Below are positions 1 through 10,285 of a stretch of 64,000 bases of DNA, piece after piece. The stretch is from an uncultured delta proteobacterium (GTDB lineage Bacteria; Desulfobacterota; Binatia; UBA9968). Both the position numbers and the translations under genes were made by a program. Below the pieces are notes generated by a model. That model saw only the letters and a list, made by a program, of their open reading frames with translations. It was not told where the DNA came from and searched no databases. Each line of letters starts with the position of its first letter. Within the stretch, counting starts at the first letter, position 1. The stretch is taken from positions 32,001 through 96,000 of the forward strand of contig CAWFJP010000031.1 in the NCBI GenBank assembly GCA_963816145.1, read 5' to 3'.

Positions 1-504
1 CTGATCAATTCGTTGCCTGAAACGGTTTTTACCACCAATGTCGACCATCTGCTCAATTGGGGCCGGGCGTCTTCGCAGTGGTACATGCTGTTCGGATTGG
101 CTTGCTGTGCCATCGAACTTATGCAGACCGGCGGGCCGCGCGCCGATCTCGACCGTTTCGGCGCCGTGCCGCGGGCAACGCCAAGGCAATCGGATCTGAT
201 GATCGTTGCCGGCACGCTGACCTATAAGATGGCCAAGCGCACCAAGCTGCTCTACGACCAGATGCCCGATCCCAAATATGTCATTTCCATGGGCAGCTGC
301 TCGAATTGCGGCGGACTATTTCAGCTGGCCTATTCGGTCTGCAAAGGCGTCGATAAGATCGTCCCGGTGGATGTGTACGTGCCCGGCTGTCCGCCGCGCC
401 CGGAAGCGCTGACCGAGGGGTTGTTGCGGATTCAGGACAAGATGATGCGCGAACGTTGGCTGGTCAAGGCGCCTGAAGTCGAAGGCGATGGAGCCGGAGC
501 TTAA
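1..504 (+). CDS. nuoB: NADH-quinone oxidoreductase subunit B (5'-partial)
   Basis: Frame open from base 1; [22 protein letters not shown] and [11 protein letters not shown]2-cluster motifs. Confidence 0.95.
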   Translation: MINSLPETVFTTNVDHLLNWGRASSQWYMLFGLACCAIELMQTGGPRADLDRFGAVPRATPRQSDLMIVAGTLTYKMAKRTKLLYDQMPDPKYVISMGSCSNCGGLFQLAYSVCKGVDKIVPVDVYVPGCPPRPEALTEGLLRIQDKMMRERWLVKAPEVEGDGAGA

Positions 505-513
505 GATTCGACC

Positions 514-1020
514 ATGGAAGCCAAAGAAACCTACGCGTCGCTGGAAAAACTTTTTCCCGGCAAAGTCCGCGACTTCAAAGACGATGTGCTCGAGCCTTAC
601 CTAAACGTCGAAAAAGAGCATATCGTTGAAATCTGCCATTTTCTGCGAACCGCACAGAGTTTTAGATTTGAAGTGCTGTCGGATCTGACCGCCATCGATT
701 GGCCCAAGGAAGAAAAGATTCAGGCCGTTTACCACCTGTTTTCCTACGCTCACAATCATCAGATCGTCCTTAAGGTCGATTTGCCGCGCGACAATCCCAA
801 GATCGCGACGGTCGAAGACCAGTGGAAAGTCGCCAATTGGTTCGAGCGCGAAGTGTACGATCTCTTCGGTGTGATCTTCGAAGGCCACAGCGACCTGCGC
901 CGCATCATGTTGCCGGAGGATTGGGTCGGCTTCCCGCTGCGCAAGGATTATGTCGAACAGGAAGAATATGACGGCATCAGCACTCAGCGCGCGCCACTGG
1001 TCGAAAAATTGTTGCGATAA
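514..1020 (+). CDS. nuoC: NADH-quinone oxidoreductase subunit C
   Basis: ANWFEREVYDLFGVIFEGH and GFPLRKDY motifs; operon position. Confidence 0.95.
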   Translation: MEAKETYASLEKLFPGKVRDFKDDVLEPYLNVEKEHIVEICHFLRTAQSFRFEVLSDLTAIDWPKEEKIQAVYHLFSYAHNHQIVLKVDLPRDNPKIATVEDQWKVANWFEREVYDLFGVIFEGHSDLRRIMLPEDWVGFPLRKDYVEQEEYDGISTQRAPLVEKLLR

Positions 1021-1029
1021 GGTTTATTG

Positions 1030-2166
1030 ATGAGCGATAACGCCGCAGATACTGGCTTTTACGCCGAAGAGATGACCATCAATGTTGGGCCGCAGCATCC
1101 CAGCACTCATGGGGTGTTGCGCTTCGTGGTCAAGACCGACGGCGAGATGATCAATGAAGCGATTCCCGATGTTGGTTACTTGCATCGCTCCATCGAGAAG
1201 ATTGGCGAAAAAGTTACTTACCACGGCTATGTGCCGTACACCGACCGGGCCGATTATCTGGCGGCGATGTTTGCCAATCAGGCCTTCTGCATGGCGGCGG
1301 AAAAGCTCGGCAAGACTGAAGTGTCGCGCCGTGGCGAATTTTGCCGGGTGATCGCTTGCGAGCTCAATCGGATCGCCAGCCATCTTATTTCGGTGGGCAC
1401 TTTCGGCCAGGATATCGGCGCCATGACGCCGTTCGTCCACGCCCTGCGCGAGCGCGAAACCATCAACAATTTGATGGAGGAGATTTGCGGCGCCCGGCTG
1501 ACCTACAATTATATCCGCATCGGCGGCGTCGGTTACGACATTGTGCCGTCGACGATGGCTAAAATCGCCGAGTTCCTCGATCATTTCGAGCCGATTGTCG
1601 AGGAGTTCAACCGTTTGCTGTCAGGCAACAAGATTTTCATCGAGCGTTTGGCTGGTGTCGCGGTGGTGACCAAAGAGGACGCGCTGTCCTATAATCTGGT
1701 CGGACCCAATCTGCGCGGCTCTGGAATCAAGTGGGATATCCGCCGCGATATTCCTTATTCAATATATCCAGAATTGGATTTCGAAGTTCCCGTCGGCACG
1801 GCCGAGGTGGGCGCCCTGGGTGATAGTTTTGATCGCTTTTGGGTGCGTATCCGCGAGATGCAGGAGAGCGTCAAAATCTTGCGCCAGTGCATGAAAATGA
1901 TCCCCAAAGGTCCGGCGATCTCCAAGGTGCCGAAAAAATTTCGCCCGCCTGCGGGAGAATATTATGCCCGGGTTGAAGCGCCGCGCGGCGACATGGGTTT
2001 CTATGTGGTCAGCGATGGCAGCGAGTATCCCTACCGAGTGCGCATTCGCACCGGTTCGTTCACGGCGATGAGCATCATCGACAAACTTAGCAAGGGAATT
2101 ATGGTGGCGGATCTTATAGCCTTAATCGGCAGTCTCGATGTCGACGCGCCGGAGATCGACCGCTAG
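1030..2166 (+). CDS. nuoD: NADH-quinone oxidoreductase subunit D
   Basis: [24 protein letters not shown] and C-terminal EIDR. Confidence 0.96.
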   Translation: MSDNAADTGFYAEEMTINVGPQHPSTHGVLRFVVKTDGEMINEAIPDVGYLHRSIEKIGEKVTYHGYVPYTDRADYLAAMFANQAFCMAAEKLGKTEVSRRGEFCRVIACELNRIASHLISVGTFGQDIGAMTPFVHALRERETINNLMEEICGARLTYNYIRIGGVGYDIVPSTMAKIAEFLDHFEPIVEEFNRLLSGNKIFIERLAGVAVVTKEDALSYNLVGPNLRGSGIKWDIRRDIPYSIYPELDFEVPVGTAEVGALGDSFDRFWVRIREMQESVKILRQCMKMIPKGPAISKVPKKFRPPAGEYYARVEAPRGDMGFYVVSDGSEYPYRVRIRTGSFTAMSIIDKLSKGIMVADLIALIGSLDVDAPEIDR

Positions 2167-2183
2167 TTTTTTCCGAGATCCAT

Positions 2184-3374
2184 ATGCAAGCTCTTCTCGA
2201 CCAAATGATCCAAGAGGGCGCTTTCGCCGGCGTCCCTAAAGAAGTCGTTTACGCCATCGCCATGGTGCTCACGGCGGTGGTGGTCTTGTCAGTGTTCGTT
2301 GCGCCGCTAGCCGGCGTGACCAGCTGGCTCGAACGGCGGGTCTGGGCGCGCATGCAGTCGCGCGTCGGTCCCAACCGGGTCGGGCCGCAAGGGATACTCC
2401 AGTGGCTCGCCGACGGCATCAAGAACATCATGAAGGAAGACATCATTCCGGCGGCGGCGGATCAGAAGCTATTTCCGCTGGCGCCCTATGTCGTTTTCAT
2501 GGGCTTTCTCTGCACCTTCGTGGTCATTCCCTTCGGTGAAAATTTGATCGTCGCCGATCTTAACATCGGCATTCTCTATATTCTCGCGGTGACTTCGCTG
2601 GTGGTGGTCGGCATTCTCATGGCCGGTTGGGCGTCGAACAACAAATGGTCGCTGCTCGGCGGCATGCGCTCGGCGGCGCAGATCGTCAGCTATGAAATTC
2701 CCGCCGGTTTGGCGCTGTTAAGCGTGGTATTTCTCTCAGGCACGCTGAGCATTCAGGGGATCATCAAAGCCCAGGGCTGGGCCCCTTGGGATTGGTTCCT
2801 TTTCCACAATCCATTTACTTTCTGTGCCTTCTTCCTCTATTTCACTGCGGCGTTGGCCGAAGGCAACCGCACCCCGTTCGATATCCCCGAAGCCGAATCG
2901 GAGCTGGTCGCCGGTTATGTGACAGAATATAGCGGCATGCGCTTTCTGTTTTTCTTCTTTGCCGAGTGGGGCAATCTTTACGTTATTGGCGCTGTGGCCA
3001 CGTCGCTGTTCATGGGCGGCTGGCAAGTGCCGGCGTTCTTTGACGGCTATCCTGCGCTCAAAGGGGTTGCCCAGTTCGTCACGTTTTTCCTAAAAGCTTA
3101 TTCCTGGGTGTTTGTGGCGATGTGGATCCGCGCGACCTTGCCGCGCGTGCGCGTCGATCAACTGATGGCGCTGTGCTGGAAGTATATGGTACCGCTGTCA
3201 TTTGTTTGTTTGATGGGCACCATCGGCTTTATGTTCATGTCCGATCAGGGACGGCGGATTTTTGGCGCGATCACGCTGGGCTTTGCCATCGCCACGATTA
3301 TCAATTTTTTCCGCCGGGTCGGCTTTCAATTCCGCGCCGCTAAACCCGAAGCTTATTGGAAGCCGCATATTTAG
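2184..3374 (+). CDS. nuoH: NADH-quinone oxidoreductase subunit H
   Basis: MQSRVGPNRVGP and NRTPFDIPEAESELVAGY motifs; multi-TM. Confidence 0.96.
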   Translation: MQALLDQMIQEGAFAGVPKEVVYAIAMVLTAVVVLSVFVAPLAGVTSWLERRVWARMQSRVGPNRVGPQGILQWLADGIKNIMKEDIIPAAADQKLFPLAPYVVFMGFLCTFVVIPFGENLIVADLNIGILYILAVTSLVVVGILMAGWASNNKWSLLGGMRSAAQIVSYEIPAGLALLSVVFLSGTLSIQGIIKAQGWAPWDWFLFHNPFTFCAFFLYFTAALAEGNRTPFDIPEAESELVAGYVTEYSGMRFLFFFFAEWGNLYVIGAVATSLFMGGWQVPAFFDGYPALKGVAQFVTFFLKAYSWVFVAMWIRATLPRVRVDQLMALCWKYMVPLSFVCLMGTIGFMFMSDQGRRIFGAITLGFAIATIINFFRRVGFQFRAAKPEAYWKPHI

Positions 3375-3387
3375 CTATTGAGGGACT

Positions 3388-3951
3388 ATGGGCATTGTTA
3401 CGAGCTACGTAAAAGATATTCAGGCCGCGATCACATCGACCTTCGAAGGGATGTCGATTACCTTCTCCCATTTGATGCGCCGGCCAATGACCATCCAGTA
3501 TCCGGACAAGATCCCGGTGCCGATCCAAGAGACCTTGCCGCTGCGTTACCGCGGCATCCTCGAAGTCGATCTCGATATTTGCACCGGCTGCCTGGCTTGC
3601 GAGCGTATTTGTCCGATCACCTGCATTACCATTGGCATCGACATGAACAAGGAGACCAAGCAGCGCCAGTTCGCTCACTTCGATATCGATGTTTGTAAGT
3701 GCATGTATTGCGGCCTGTGCTCGGAGGTCTGCCCGACCGGGGCGATCCGTCACTCGCAGGAGTTCGAAGGCGCCAGCTATAACCCGGCGGGCCTGGTCCG
3801 CCATTTCGCGCCGGAGCCGTCGAATCTCTACAAACCCAAGAAGGGTGGCGAGACCGAGCCAAAGTTGGTCGCCAAAGTCGATATCGGTCTAAAATATCTG
3901 GACGAATTTGCCACGCCGGATGGAGGAGGGGCCGCCGAGGAGGAAGCATAG
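3388..3951 (+). CDS. nuoI: NADH-quinone oxidoreductase subunit I (2x[4Fe-4S])
   Basis: CTGCLACERICP and CMYCGLCSEVCP; TIQYP motif. Confidence 0.95.
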   Translation: MGIVTSYVKDIQAAITSTFEGMSITFSHLMRRPMTIQYPDKIPVPIQETLPLRYRGILEVDLDICTGCLACERICPITCITIGIDMNKETKQRQFAHFDIDVCKCMYCGLCSEVCPTGAIRHSQEFEGASYNPAGLVRHFAPEPSNLYKPKKGGETEPKLVAKVDIGLKYLDEFATPDGGGAAEEEA

Positions 3952-4069
3952 GCGTCTGGAGCGGGGCGGTATCTCCATTTAGTTGCATGCCCCTTGATCC
4001 CTTACGGATCTTCCGATAAGTCAGCGAAAACGTCTGCAACTTTCCGCGTTCCCAAAAGCTGAGTAGGGT

Positions 4070-4570
4070 ATGAGTGTATCAACGGCGGTTTTTTATCTAA
4101 TTGCGCTGCTCACCATCGGGTCAGCCGGCATGGTGGCGTTCTCGCGCAATATCATCTACTCGGCGTTCTCCCTGCTGGGCACTTTCATGGGCGTCGCCGG
4201 GTTGTATATTTTCCTCGGCGCGGACTTCGTCGCGGCGGTGCAGGTGCTGATCTATGTCGGCGGCATCCTGGTGCTGATCTTATTTGCGGTCATGCTCACC
4301 CACCGAATCACCGATGTGACGATCACCAATCGCGCCGCCGGCCGCATCCCGGCGCTGATCGTCATCGGCGGGTTGGTTTACTTTCTGATTCAGACGGTGA
4401 AGACCACACCCTGGCTCAAGGCCAAGGATGTCGTCTTCGCGGCGACGACAGCGAAGATCGGTGATGCATTCCTATATGACTACCTACTGCCGTTTGAGCT
4501 TGCCTCGGTGATCCTGCTGGCGGCGATGATCGGTGCGGTGGTGATATCTCGTAAGGAGATCAAAGAGTAG
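4070..4570 (+). CDS. nuoJ: NADH-quinone oxidoreductase subunit J
   Basis: QVLIYVGGILVL and LPFELAS motifs. Confidence 0.95.
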   Translation: MSVSTAVFYLIALLTIGSAGMVAFSRNIIYSAFSLLGTFMGVAGLYIFLGADFVAAVQVLIYVGGILVLILFAVMLTHRITDVTITNRAAGRIPALIVIGGLVYFLIQTVKTTPWLKAKDVVFAATTAKIGDAFLYDYLLPFELASVILLAAMIGAVVISRKEIKE

Positions 4571-4572
4571 TC

Positions 4573-4884
4573 ATGTCGCCCAACGATCTCTCCTCGTACT
4601 TGACCATCGGCGCAATTCTCTTTGCCCTCGGATTATTCACGGTGTTAACGCGACGCAACGCCATCAGCGTGTTGATGGGTGTCGAACTTATTCTTAACAG
4701 CGCGAACATCAATTATGTCGCCTTTTCCCACTTCGGCAGCGGCAATAGCGCCGGGCAGATTTACGCGATCTTTGTCATCATGTTGGCGGCGGCGGAGGCG
4801 GCGGTGGGGCTGGCGATCGTCTTAGCGATCTTCAAACTGTTCCACACCATCGATGTCGAAGCCGCCGAAACGATGAAAGACTAA
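4573..4884 (+). CDS. nuoK: NADH-quinone oxidoreductase subunit K
   Basis: MGVELILNSAN and AAAEAAVGLA motifs. Confidence 0.95.
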   Translation: MSPNDLSSYLTIGAILFALGLFTVLTRRNAISVLMGVELILNSANINYVAFSHFGSGNSAGQIYAIFVIMLAAAEAAVGLAIVLAIFKLFHTIDVEAAETMKD

Positions 4885-4885
4885 C

Positions 4886-4988
4886 AATTTTGGATTTTGG
4901 ATTATCGGATGACGGCGCGACAATTCGAGGCGGGGTATAACACCAACCGTCTTCTTCAATCTAAAATCCAAAATCCCAAATCCAAAAT
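4886..4988. repeat. Inverted arrays of heptamer repeat (TTTTGGA / TCCAAAA) flanking a ~55-nt spacer
   Basis: AATTTTGGATTTTGGATT at 4886-4903 and AATCTAAAATCCAAAATCCCAAATCCAAAAT at 4958-4988 in the nuoK-nuoL spacer. Confidence 0.8.
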
Positions 4989-5019
4989 GGGGCGGGGTTT
5001 TTAGGGGTCATAAGGTTAG

Positions 5020-7062
5020 ATGGATAACCCAATACAGACGGACTTTATACGCTGGATCGTATTTCTGCCTTTGCTCGGCGCCATTGTTAATGGCTTGCTC
5101 GGCGCCAAGATTCAAAAAAGTTTGGGCAAGGGTGCCATCGGCGTGATTGCTTGCGCGCCGGTGATCGTTGCCTTTGTCTTGTCCGTCAACGCCTTTCTCA
5201 CGCTCAAGGGGCTTGAACCGGAAAAGCGCTTTATCATCGACAACCTCTATCGCTGGATCGATCTCGGCTCGCTCAAGGTCGACATGGCGTTTCTGGTCGA
5301 TCCGTTGTCGTCGGTGATGATCCTGGTCGTCACCGGCATCGGCGGTCTCATCCATATATACGCTACCGGTTACATGCACGATGACAATGGGTTCTGGCGT
5401 TTCTTCGCTTATCTCAATTTATTTACCGCGGCGATGTTGACCTTGGTGTTGGGCGACAGCCTGCTCCTGCTGTTCGTCGGTTGGGAAGGCGTTGGTCTTT
5501 GCTCTTACGCGCTGATCGGTTTTTGGTACCAAGACCATGCTAACGCGCGCGCCGGCAATAAAGCTTTCATCGTTAACCGGGTCGGCGACTTTGGCTTTGT
5601 TCTCGGCATGTTCTTACTGTTCTGGTCCCTCGACGCTCAAGGTCATGGATCATTGACTGTTCGCGAGATGGCCAAATGGGCGCCGTCGATCAAGGATTCG
5701 CTCATTTGGGGTTGGCCAGTCGTTACCGTTGCCACGCTACTCCTTTTCGTCGGCGCTACCGGTAAGTCGGCGCAGATTCCACTGTTCGTCTGGCTCCCCG
5801 ACGCCATGGCCGGGCCGACGCCAGTGAGCGCACTGATCCACGCGGCGACCATGGTCACCGCCGGTGTTTACATGACGGCGCGGATGAACGTGTTCTTTTC
5901 CATGGCACCGGCAACTTTAAATGTCATCGCGATCATTGGTGTCGCCACCGCGTTACTGGCGGCGACCATCGCGCTGACGCAAAATGATATCAAAAAAGTT
6001 CTGGCCTACTCGACCGTCAGTCAGTTGGGCTACATGTTCATCGGTGTCGGCGTCGGCGGCTACGCGGCCGCTGTGTTTCATCTGATGACCCACGCTTTTT
6101 TCAAAGCCTGTCTCTTCCTCGGCGCCGGCAGCGTGATTCACGCCATGCACCATGAGCAGGACATGCGCAAAATGGGCGGCTTGAAGCAGTGGATGCCGAT
6201 CACCTTCGCGACTTTCATCATTTCGGTGCTCGCCATCGCCGGTTTCCCGCCGTTTGCCGGTTTTTTCTCCAAGGACGAAATTCTTTGGCTCGCGTTCACC
6301 AGTGAACATGGCAACAAGTTCGTTTGGTTCTTAGCCCTATGCGGCGCCGGCATGACCGCGTTCTATATGTTCCGCCAACTATTCATGACCTTTTACGGCA
6401 AGTGCCGCGCCGATCATCACACCCAGGAACATCTGCATGAATCGCCATCGCTGATGACCATGCCGCTGGTGGTGTTGGCGATTGGCGCGGTGTTTGCCGG
6501 TCTGATCGGTTTGCCCGGCGTGTTGGGCGGCAGCCAGTTTGCCCATTGGCTGGAACCGGTCATTCATGGTCACGCGGAAGGCCATGCCTCCCATGCCTTG
6601 GAGTGGGGCTTGATGGCAGTTTCAGTTTCGGTGGCATCCTTCGGGGTCTTTATCGCTTTTCTCATGTACCGGCGCGAGTCCTTGTCACCTGATACCTTTG
6701 TCAATCTTGCCGGCGGTCTGCCGTATCGCCTATTCGATCGTAAATGGTATGTCGACGAAATCTATCAAGCGATTTTCGTCAATGGCACGTTGATGCTAGC
6801 GCGTTTCTGGTCGGCATTCGATGCCTATATCGTCGACGGCATCGTCAATGGCGTGGCCGCGGTGACGCGCTTCATATCTTGGCTCGACGGCTTGTTCGAT
6901 GCCTATATCGTCGACGGGTTGGTCAATGCGCTGGCCAATGTGACCTACTGGGCGGGCAACCGCTTCCGCCGACTGCAGACCGGCAATATCAACGGTTATC
7001 TCTACGGCATCATCATCGCGATGGCGGTCGCGGTGTATGTAAAGATCCGATACTGGACCTGA
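5020..7062 (+). CDS. nuoL: NADH-quinone oxidoreductase subunit L (with 26-aa duplication in the transverse helix)
   Basis: GKSAQIPLFVWLPDAMAGPTPVSALIHAATMV and THAFFKA motifs. Confidence 0.97.
   Translation: MDNPIQTDFIRWIVFLPLLGAIVNGLLGAKIQKSLGKGAIGVIACAPVIVAFVLSVNAFLTLKGLEPEKRFIIDNLYRWIDLGSLKVDMAFLVDPLSSVMILVVTGIGGLIHIYATGYMHDDNGFWRFFAYLNLFTAAMLTLVLGDSLLLLFVGWEGVGLCSYALIGFWYQDHANARAGNKAFIVNRVGDFGFVLGMFLLFWSLDAQGHGSLTVREMAKWAPSIKDSLIWGWPVVTVATLLLFVGATGKSAQIPLFVWLPDAMAGPTPVSALIHAATMVTAGVYMTARMNVFFSMAPATLNVIAIIGVATALLAATIALTQNDIKKVLAYSTVSQLGYMFIGVGVGGYAAAVFHLMTHAFFKACLFLGAGSVIHAMHHEQDMRKMGGLKQWMPITFATFIISVLAIAGFPPFAGFFSKDEILWLAFTSEHGNKFVWFLALCGAGMTAFYMFRQLFMTFYGKCRADHHTQEHLHESPSLMTMPLVVLAIGAVFAGLIGLPGVLGGSQFAHWLEPVIHGHAEGHASHALEWGLMAVSVSVASFGVFIAFLMYRRESLSPDTFVNLAGGLPYRLFDRKWYVDEIYQAIFVNGTLMLARFWSAFDAYIVDGIVNGVAAVTRFISWLDGLFDAYIVDGLVNALANVTYWAGNRFRRLQTGNINGYLYGIIIAMAVAVYVKIRYWT
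6817..6917 (+). repeat. 23-bp exact direct repeat at 78-bp (26-codon) period inside nuoL
   Basis: TTCGATGCCTATATCGTCGACGG at 6817 and 6895, encoding FDAYIVDG twice. Confidence 0.92.
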
Positions 7063-7084
7063 TTTTCATTGGAGCATAGAGAAG

Positions 7085-8602
7085 ATGCAAAATATTCTCA
7101 CCTACATGACGTTTATTCCGCTGGCAGGGGCGGCGGTGGTTTTGGCGTTGCCCAACAACGCCAAGCTGGTCCGCTGGTTTTCCGCCATCGTCACCGTGCC
7201 GCCATTGTTGATGGCGATCTGGCTGTTTAACAATTTCGACCGGACTACGGCTAAATTTCAGTTCGTTGAAGATTACCATTGGATCCCCGCCTACAACATC
7301 AGCTACACCATGGGCGTCGATGGTTTGAGTATTTCCATGGTGCTGCTCACCGCGCTGCTCAGTTTCATCTGCATTTTCGCTTCGTTCGGCATTGAAAAAG
7401 CGGTCAAGGGCTATTTCTCTCTGTTTCTCTTGCTCGACGCCGGCATGATGGGCGTGTTCTGCGCCCTGGATTTTTTCCTGTTTTACGTTTTCTGGGAAGT
7501 CATGCTGTTGCCGATGTATTTTCTCATCGGTATTTGGGGCGGGCCGCGGCGCGAGTATGCCGCCATCAAGTTTTTTCTCTATACCCTGTTCGGCAGCGTC
7601 TTGATGCTCTTGGCGATTCTCGCGCTCTATTTTACCGTCGAACCGCACACCTTCGACATGCGGATTTTGATGTCTCAAGCGAGCAAGTACAGCACTGCGG
7701 TGTTGCCGATGTGGCCGTTTAACGGCTGGGGTTGGAGCTTCCAGCATGCGATCTGGATGGCGCTGTTTATCGGCTTCGCGATCAAGATCCCGGCGTTTCC
7801 GTTTCATACTTGGTTGCCCGATGCGCACGTCGAAGCACCGACGGCGATTTCGGTCATCCTCGCCGGCGTGCTCTTGAAAATGGGCACCTACGGTATTTTG
7901 CGCACCAACTTTCCCATGCTGCCGGTGGCGACCGCCGATTTGGCTTACTGGTTTCTTGGCGCCCTCGGCGCTTGGAATATTATTTACGGCGCGCTCTGCG
8001 CCATGGCGCAGAAAGATCTAAAGAAATTGGTCGCCTACTCCAGCGTCAGCCACATGGGTTACGTCATGCTCGGCATGGCGAGCTTTACCACCCAGGGGTT
8101 GAACGGCGCGGTGTTGCAGATGTTCAATCACGGCACCATCACCGGCATGTTGTTCCTCTTGGTCGGTGTGGTCTACGATCGGGCGCATCATCGTGAGATT
8201 GACGGCTTCGGCGGCTTGGCGGCGATCATGCCGGTCTATACCGGCATCACCGCGCTGGCTTTCTTCGCGTCCATGGGATTACCGGGGCTTTCCGGCTTCA
8301 TTTCGGAAATCTTGGTCCTCCTCGGCACCTGGCAAAAGTATCCGGTGTTGACGATTTGCGGCGCCAGCGGTGTCATTCTCACCGCAGGATATTTGCTCTG
8401 GACGATCCAGCGGGTTTACCTTGGACCGCCCAATGAGAAGTATTTGAAAATGGCCGACATCAATGGCCGGGAGATTTTCACCCTGGTGCCTTTGGGCGTG
8501 ATCGTCATCATTGTCGGAGTTTATCCCAGCGTGGTGCTCGACATGCTGCGCACGACCTTGGACTCGATCAATGCAATCGTTATCCCGCATTTGCACGGCT
8601 AG
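7085..8602 (+). CDS. nuoM: NADH-quinone oxidoreductase subunit M
   Basis: FYVFWEVMLLPMY and PFHTWLPDAHVEAPT motifs. Confidence 0.97.
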   Translation: MQNILTYMTFIPLAGAAVVLALPNNAKLVRWFSAIVTVPPLLMAIWLFNNFDRTTAKFQFVEDYHWIPAYNISYTMGVDGLSISMVLLTALLSFICIFASFGIEKAVKGYFSLFLLLDAGMMGVFCALDFFLFYVFWEVMLLPMYFLIGIWGGPRREYAAIKFFLYTLFGSVLMLLAILALYFTVEPHTFDMRILMSQASKYSTAVLPMWPFNGWGWSFQHAIWMALFIGFAIKIPAFPFHTWLPDAHVEAPTAISVILAGVLLKMGTYGILRTNFPMLPVATADLAYWFLGALGAWNIIYGALCAMAQKDLKKLVAYSSVSHMGYVMLGMASFTTQGLNGAVLQMFNHGTITGMLFLLVGVVYDRAHHREIDGFGGLAAIMPVYTGITALAFFASMGLPGLSGFISEILVLLGTWQKYPVLTICGASGVILTAGYLLWTIQRVYLGPPNEKYLKMADINGREIFTLVPLGVIVIIVGVYPSVVLDMLRTTLDSINAIVIPHLHG

Positions 8603-8605
8603 ATC

Positions 8606-10090
8606 ATGGATCTGAAGAACGTCGCGAGTCTCACATTCTTTTGTCCGGAGATCGTTCTCTCCGCGACGATCTTGTTGATCATTGTTCTCGATTTGATCGC
8701 GCAGAGCCGGCGTTGGCCCGCGGCATTAGCGCTAATCGGCTGCCTGTGCTCGCTGATCGTTTCCTTCGATCTATATAGCGCTCAACCAGGGTTGTTGTTT
8801 CACCGCATGATCGTTCTGGACAACTTCAGTATCTTTTTCAAAGTGTTTTCCTTGGTGGCGACGATCCTGTGTATTCTCATGTCCATTGGCAGCAAGGAGA
8901 TCGACCGGGTCCATGAAGGCGAGTACTACGCTCTGCTTCTAACTTGCACGCTCGGCATGTTTTTTATGGCGTCGTCGAGCAATCTCTTAATGGCCTATCT
9001 GTCCCTCGAAATGGTCAGTCTCGGCTCCTATGTCTTGACCGGCTTTTTGCCCCATAGCCGGCGCTCCAGCGAAGCGGCGCTGAAATATTTGATTTACGGC
9101 GGTGTCGCTTCCGGCACCATGATCTATGGCATGAGCTGGATCTTCGGCATGACCGGCAGTTTGGATTATTCGGCGATTCAACTCGCCTTAAGCCAGGAAG
9201 GAATCAGCAAAGCGGCGTTGTTCATTGCGTTTATTTTCATCTTGGCAGGCTTTGGCTACAAGATCGTTTTCTTCCCATTTCACATGTGGTCGCCGGATGT
9301 CTATCAAGGCGCGCCGACGCCGTTTACGGCGTATCTCTCGGTGGCATCCAATAGCGCCGGCTTGGCGATCATGATCCGCTTCTTTTTTCCCGGTATGTCT
9401 AAGCTTATGGCCTCGGGCGACTGGGCATTTACCGCTGGGGTGGAATGGCCGCAGGTACTTCTCGCCTTGAGCATGCTGACCATGACGATCGGCAATCTCT
9501 GCGCCCTCAATCAGCGCAATGTCAAACGCATGCTCGCGTATTCCGGCATCGCCCACGCAGGTTATATGATGATGGGCCTGGCGATTCTCAACAACGAGGG
9601 CCTCGCGGCGATCCTGTTCTACGCCGTGGTTTATATGATCATGAATATTGGCGCCTTCCTGGTCGTGGGCATGATTTCCAATGTCACCGGCGATGAGGAT
9701 ATTGAAGACTACCGCGGCCTCGCCTGGCGCGGCGCCACAGTGCCGGCAGTTTGTCTGGCGATTTTTCTTTTCTCGCTGACCGGCCTGCCGCCGTTCGCCG
9801 GCTTCGTGGGCAAGTTCTTCTTGTTTTCGGCGGTGGTGAAACAGGGCGGTGCCTTCGCCGTGCTCGCCGTCGTCGCCGCCCTCAATAGCGCCGTATCGCT
9901 CTACTATTATGCCAAAGTCGTCAAGACCATGTTTCTTGACTCGCCGACTGCCGAAGATAAACAAATCACTTTGGCGGCCAACAACTTTACTTTGCTGTTG
10001 CCGCTGACTTTTCTGACCGTCCTGTTCGGCCTTTATTTCGCACCGCTGGTGCAGTACACCAACCACTCTCTGCGTTTCTTCATCAAGTAG
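8606..10090 (+). CDS. nuoN: NADH-quinone oxidoreductase subunit N
   Basis: SSEAALKY, PFHMWSPDVYQGAPTP and KRMLAYSGIAHAGY motifs. Confidence 0.96.
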   Translation: MDLKNVASLTFFCPEIVLSATILLIIVLDLIAQSRRWPAALALIGCLCSLIVSFDLYSAQPGLLFHRMIVLDNFSIFFKVFSLVATILCILMSIGSKEIDRVHEGEYYALLLTCTLGMFFMASSSNLLMAYLSLEMVSLGSYVLTGFLPHSRRSSEAALKYLIYGGVASGTMIYGMSWIFGMTGSLDYSAIQLALSQEGISKAALFIAFIFILAGFGYKIVFFPFHMWSPDVYQGAPTPFTAYLSVASNSAGLAIMIRFFFPGMSKLMASGDWAFTAGVEWPQVLLALSMLTMTIGNLCALNQRNVKRMLAYSGIAHAGYMMMGLAILNNEGLAAILFYAVVYMIMNIGAFLVVGMISNVTGDEDIEDYRGLAWRGATVPAVCLAIFLFSLTGLPPFAGFVGKFFLFSAVVKQGGAFAVLAVVAALNSAVSLYYYAKVVKTMFLDSPTAEDKQITLAANNFTLLLPLTFLTVLFGLYFAPLVQYTNHSLRFFIK

Positions 10091-10123
10091 TTATCGAGCG
10101 GAAACATTGCTTGGCTGCAATGG

Positions 10124-10139
10124 GCGCAGCATGCTGCGC
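10124..10139. repeat. Perfect 16-bp palindrome (REP-like) after nuoN
   Basis: GCGCAGCATGCTGCGC; single copy in this window. Confidence 0.5.
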
Positions 10140-10285
10140 TTCGTTATTGCGCGCCAAGTCATGTCATTCAATATCGCCCGCAAGCTCTTTCCCACGACTT
10201 GCACCTTGACAACTCTTCCTTGGCCAAATAACTAAGAGCAAGGTTTATTACTAGGCGATCGTTAGCCACTTCCGCGGGAGGATTC

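Noticed and set aside
4886-4988. Possible CRISPR array
   Set aside because: 7-bp tandem units without repeat-spacer periodicity; no cas genes in the window.
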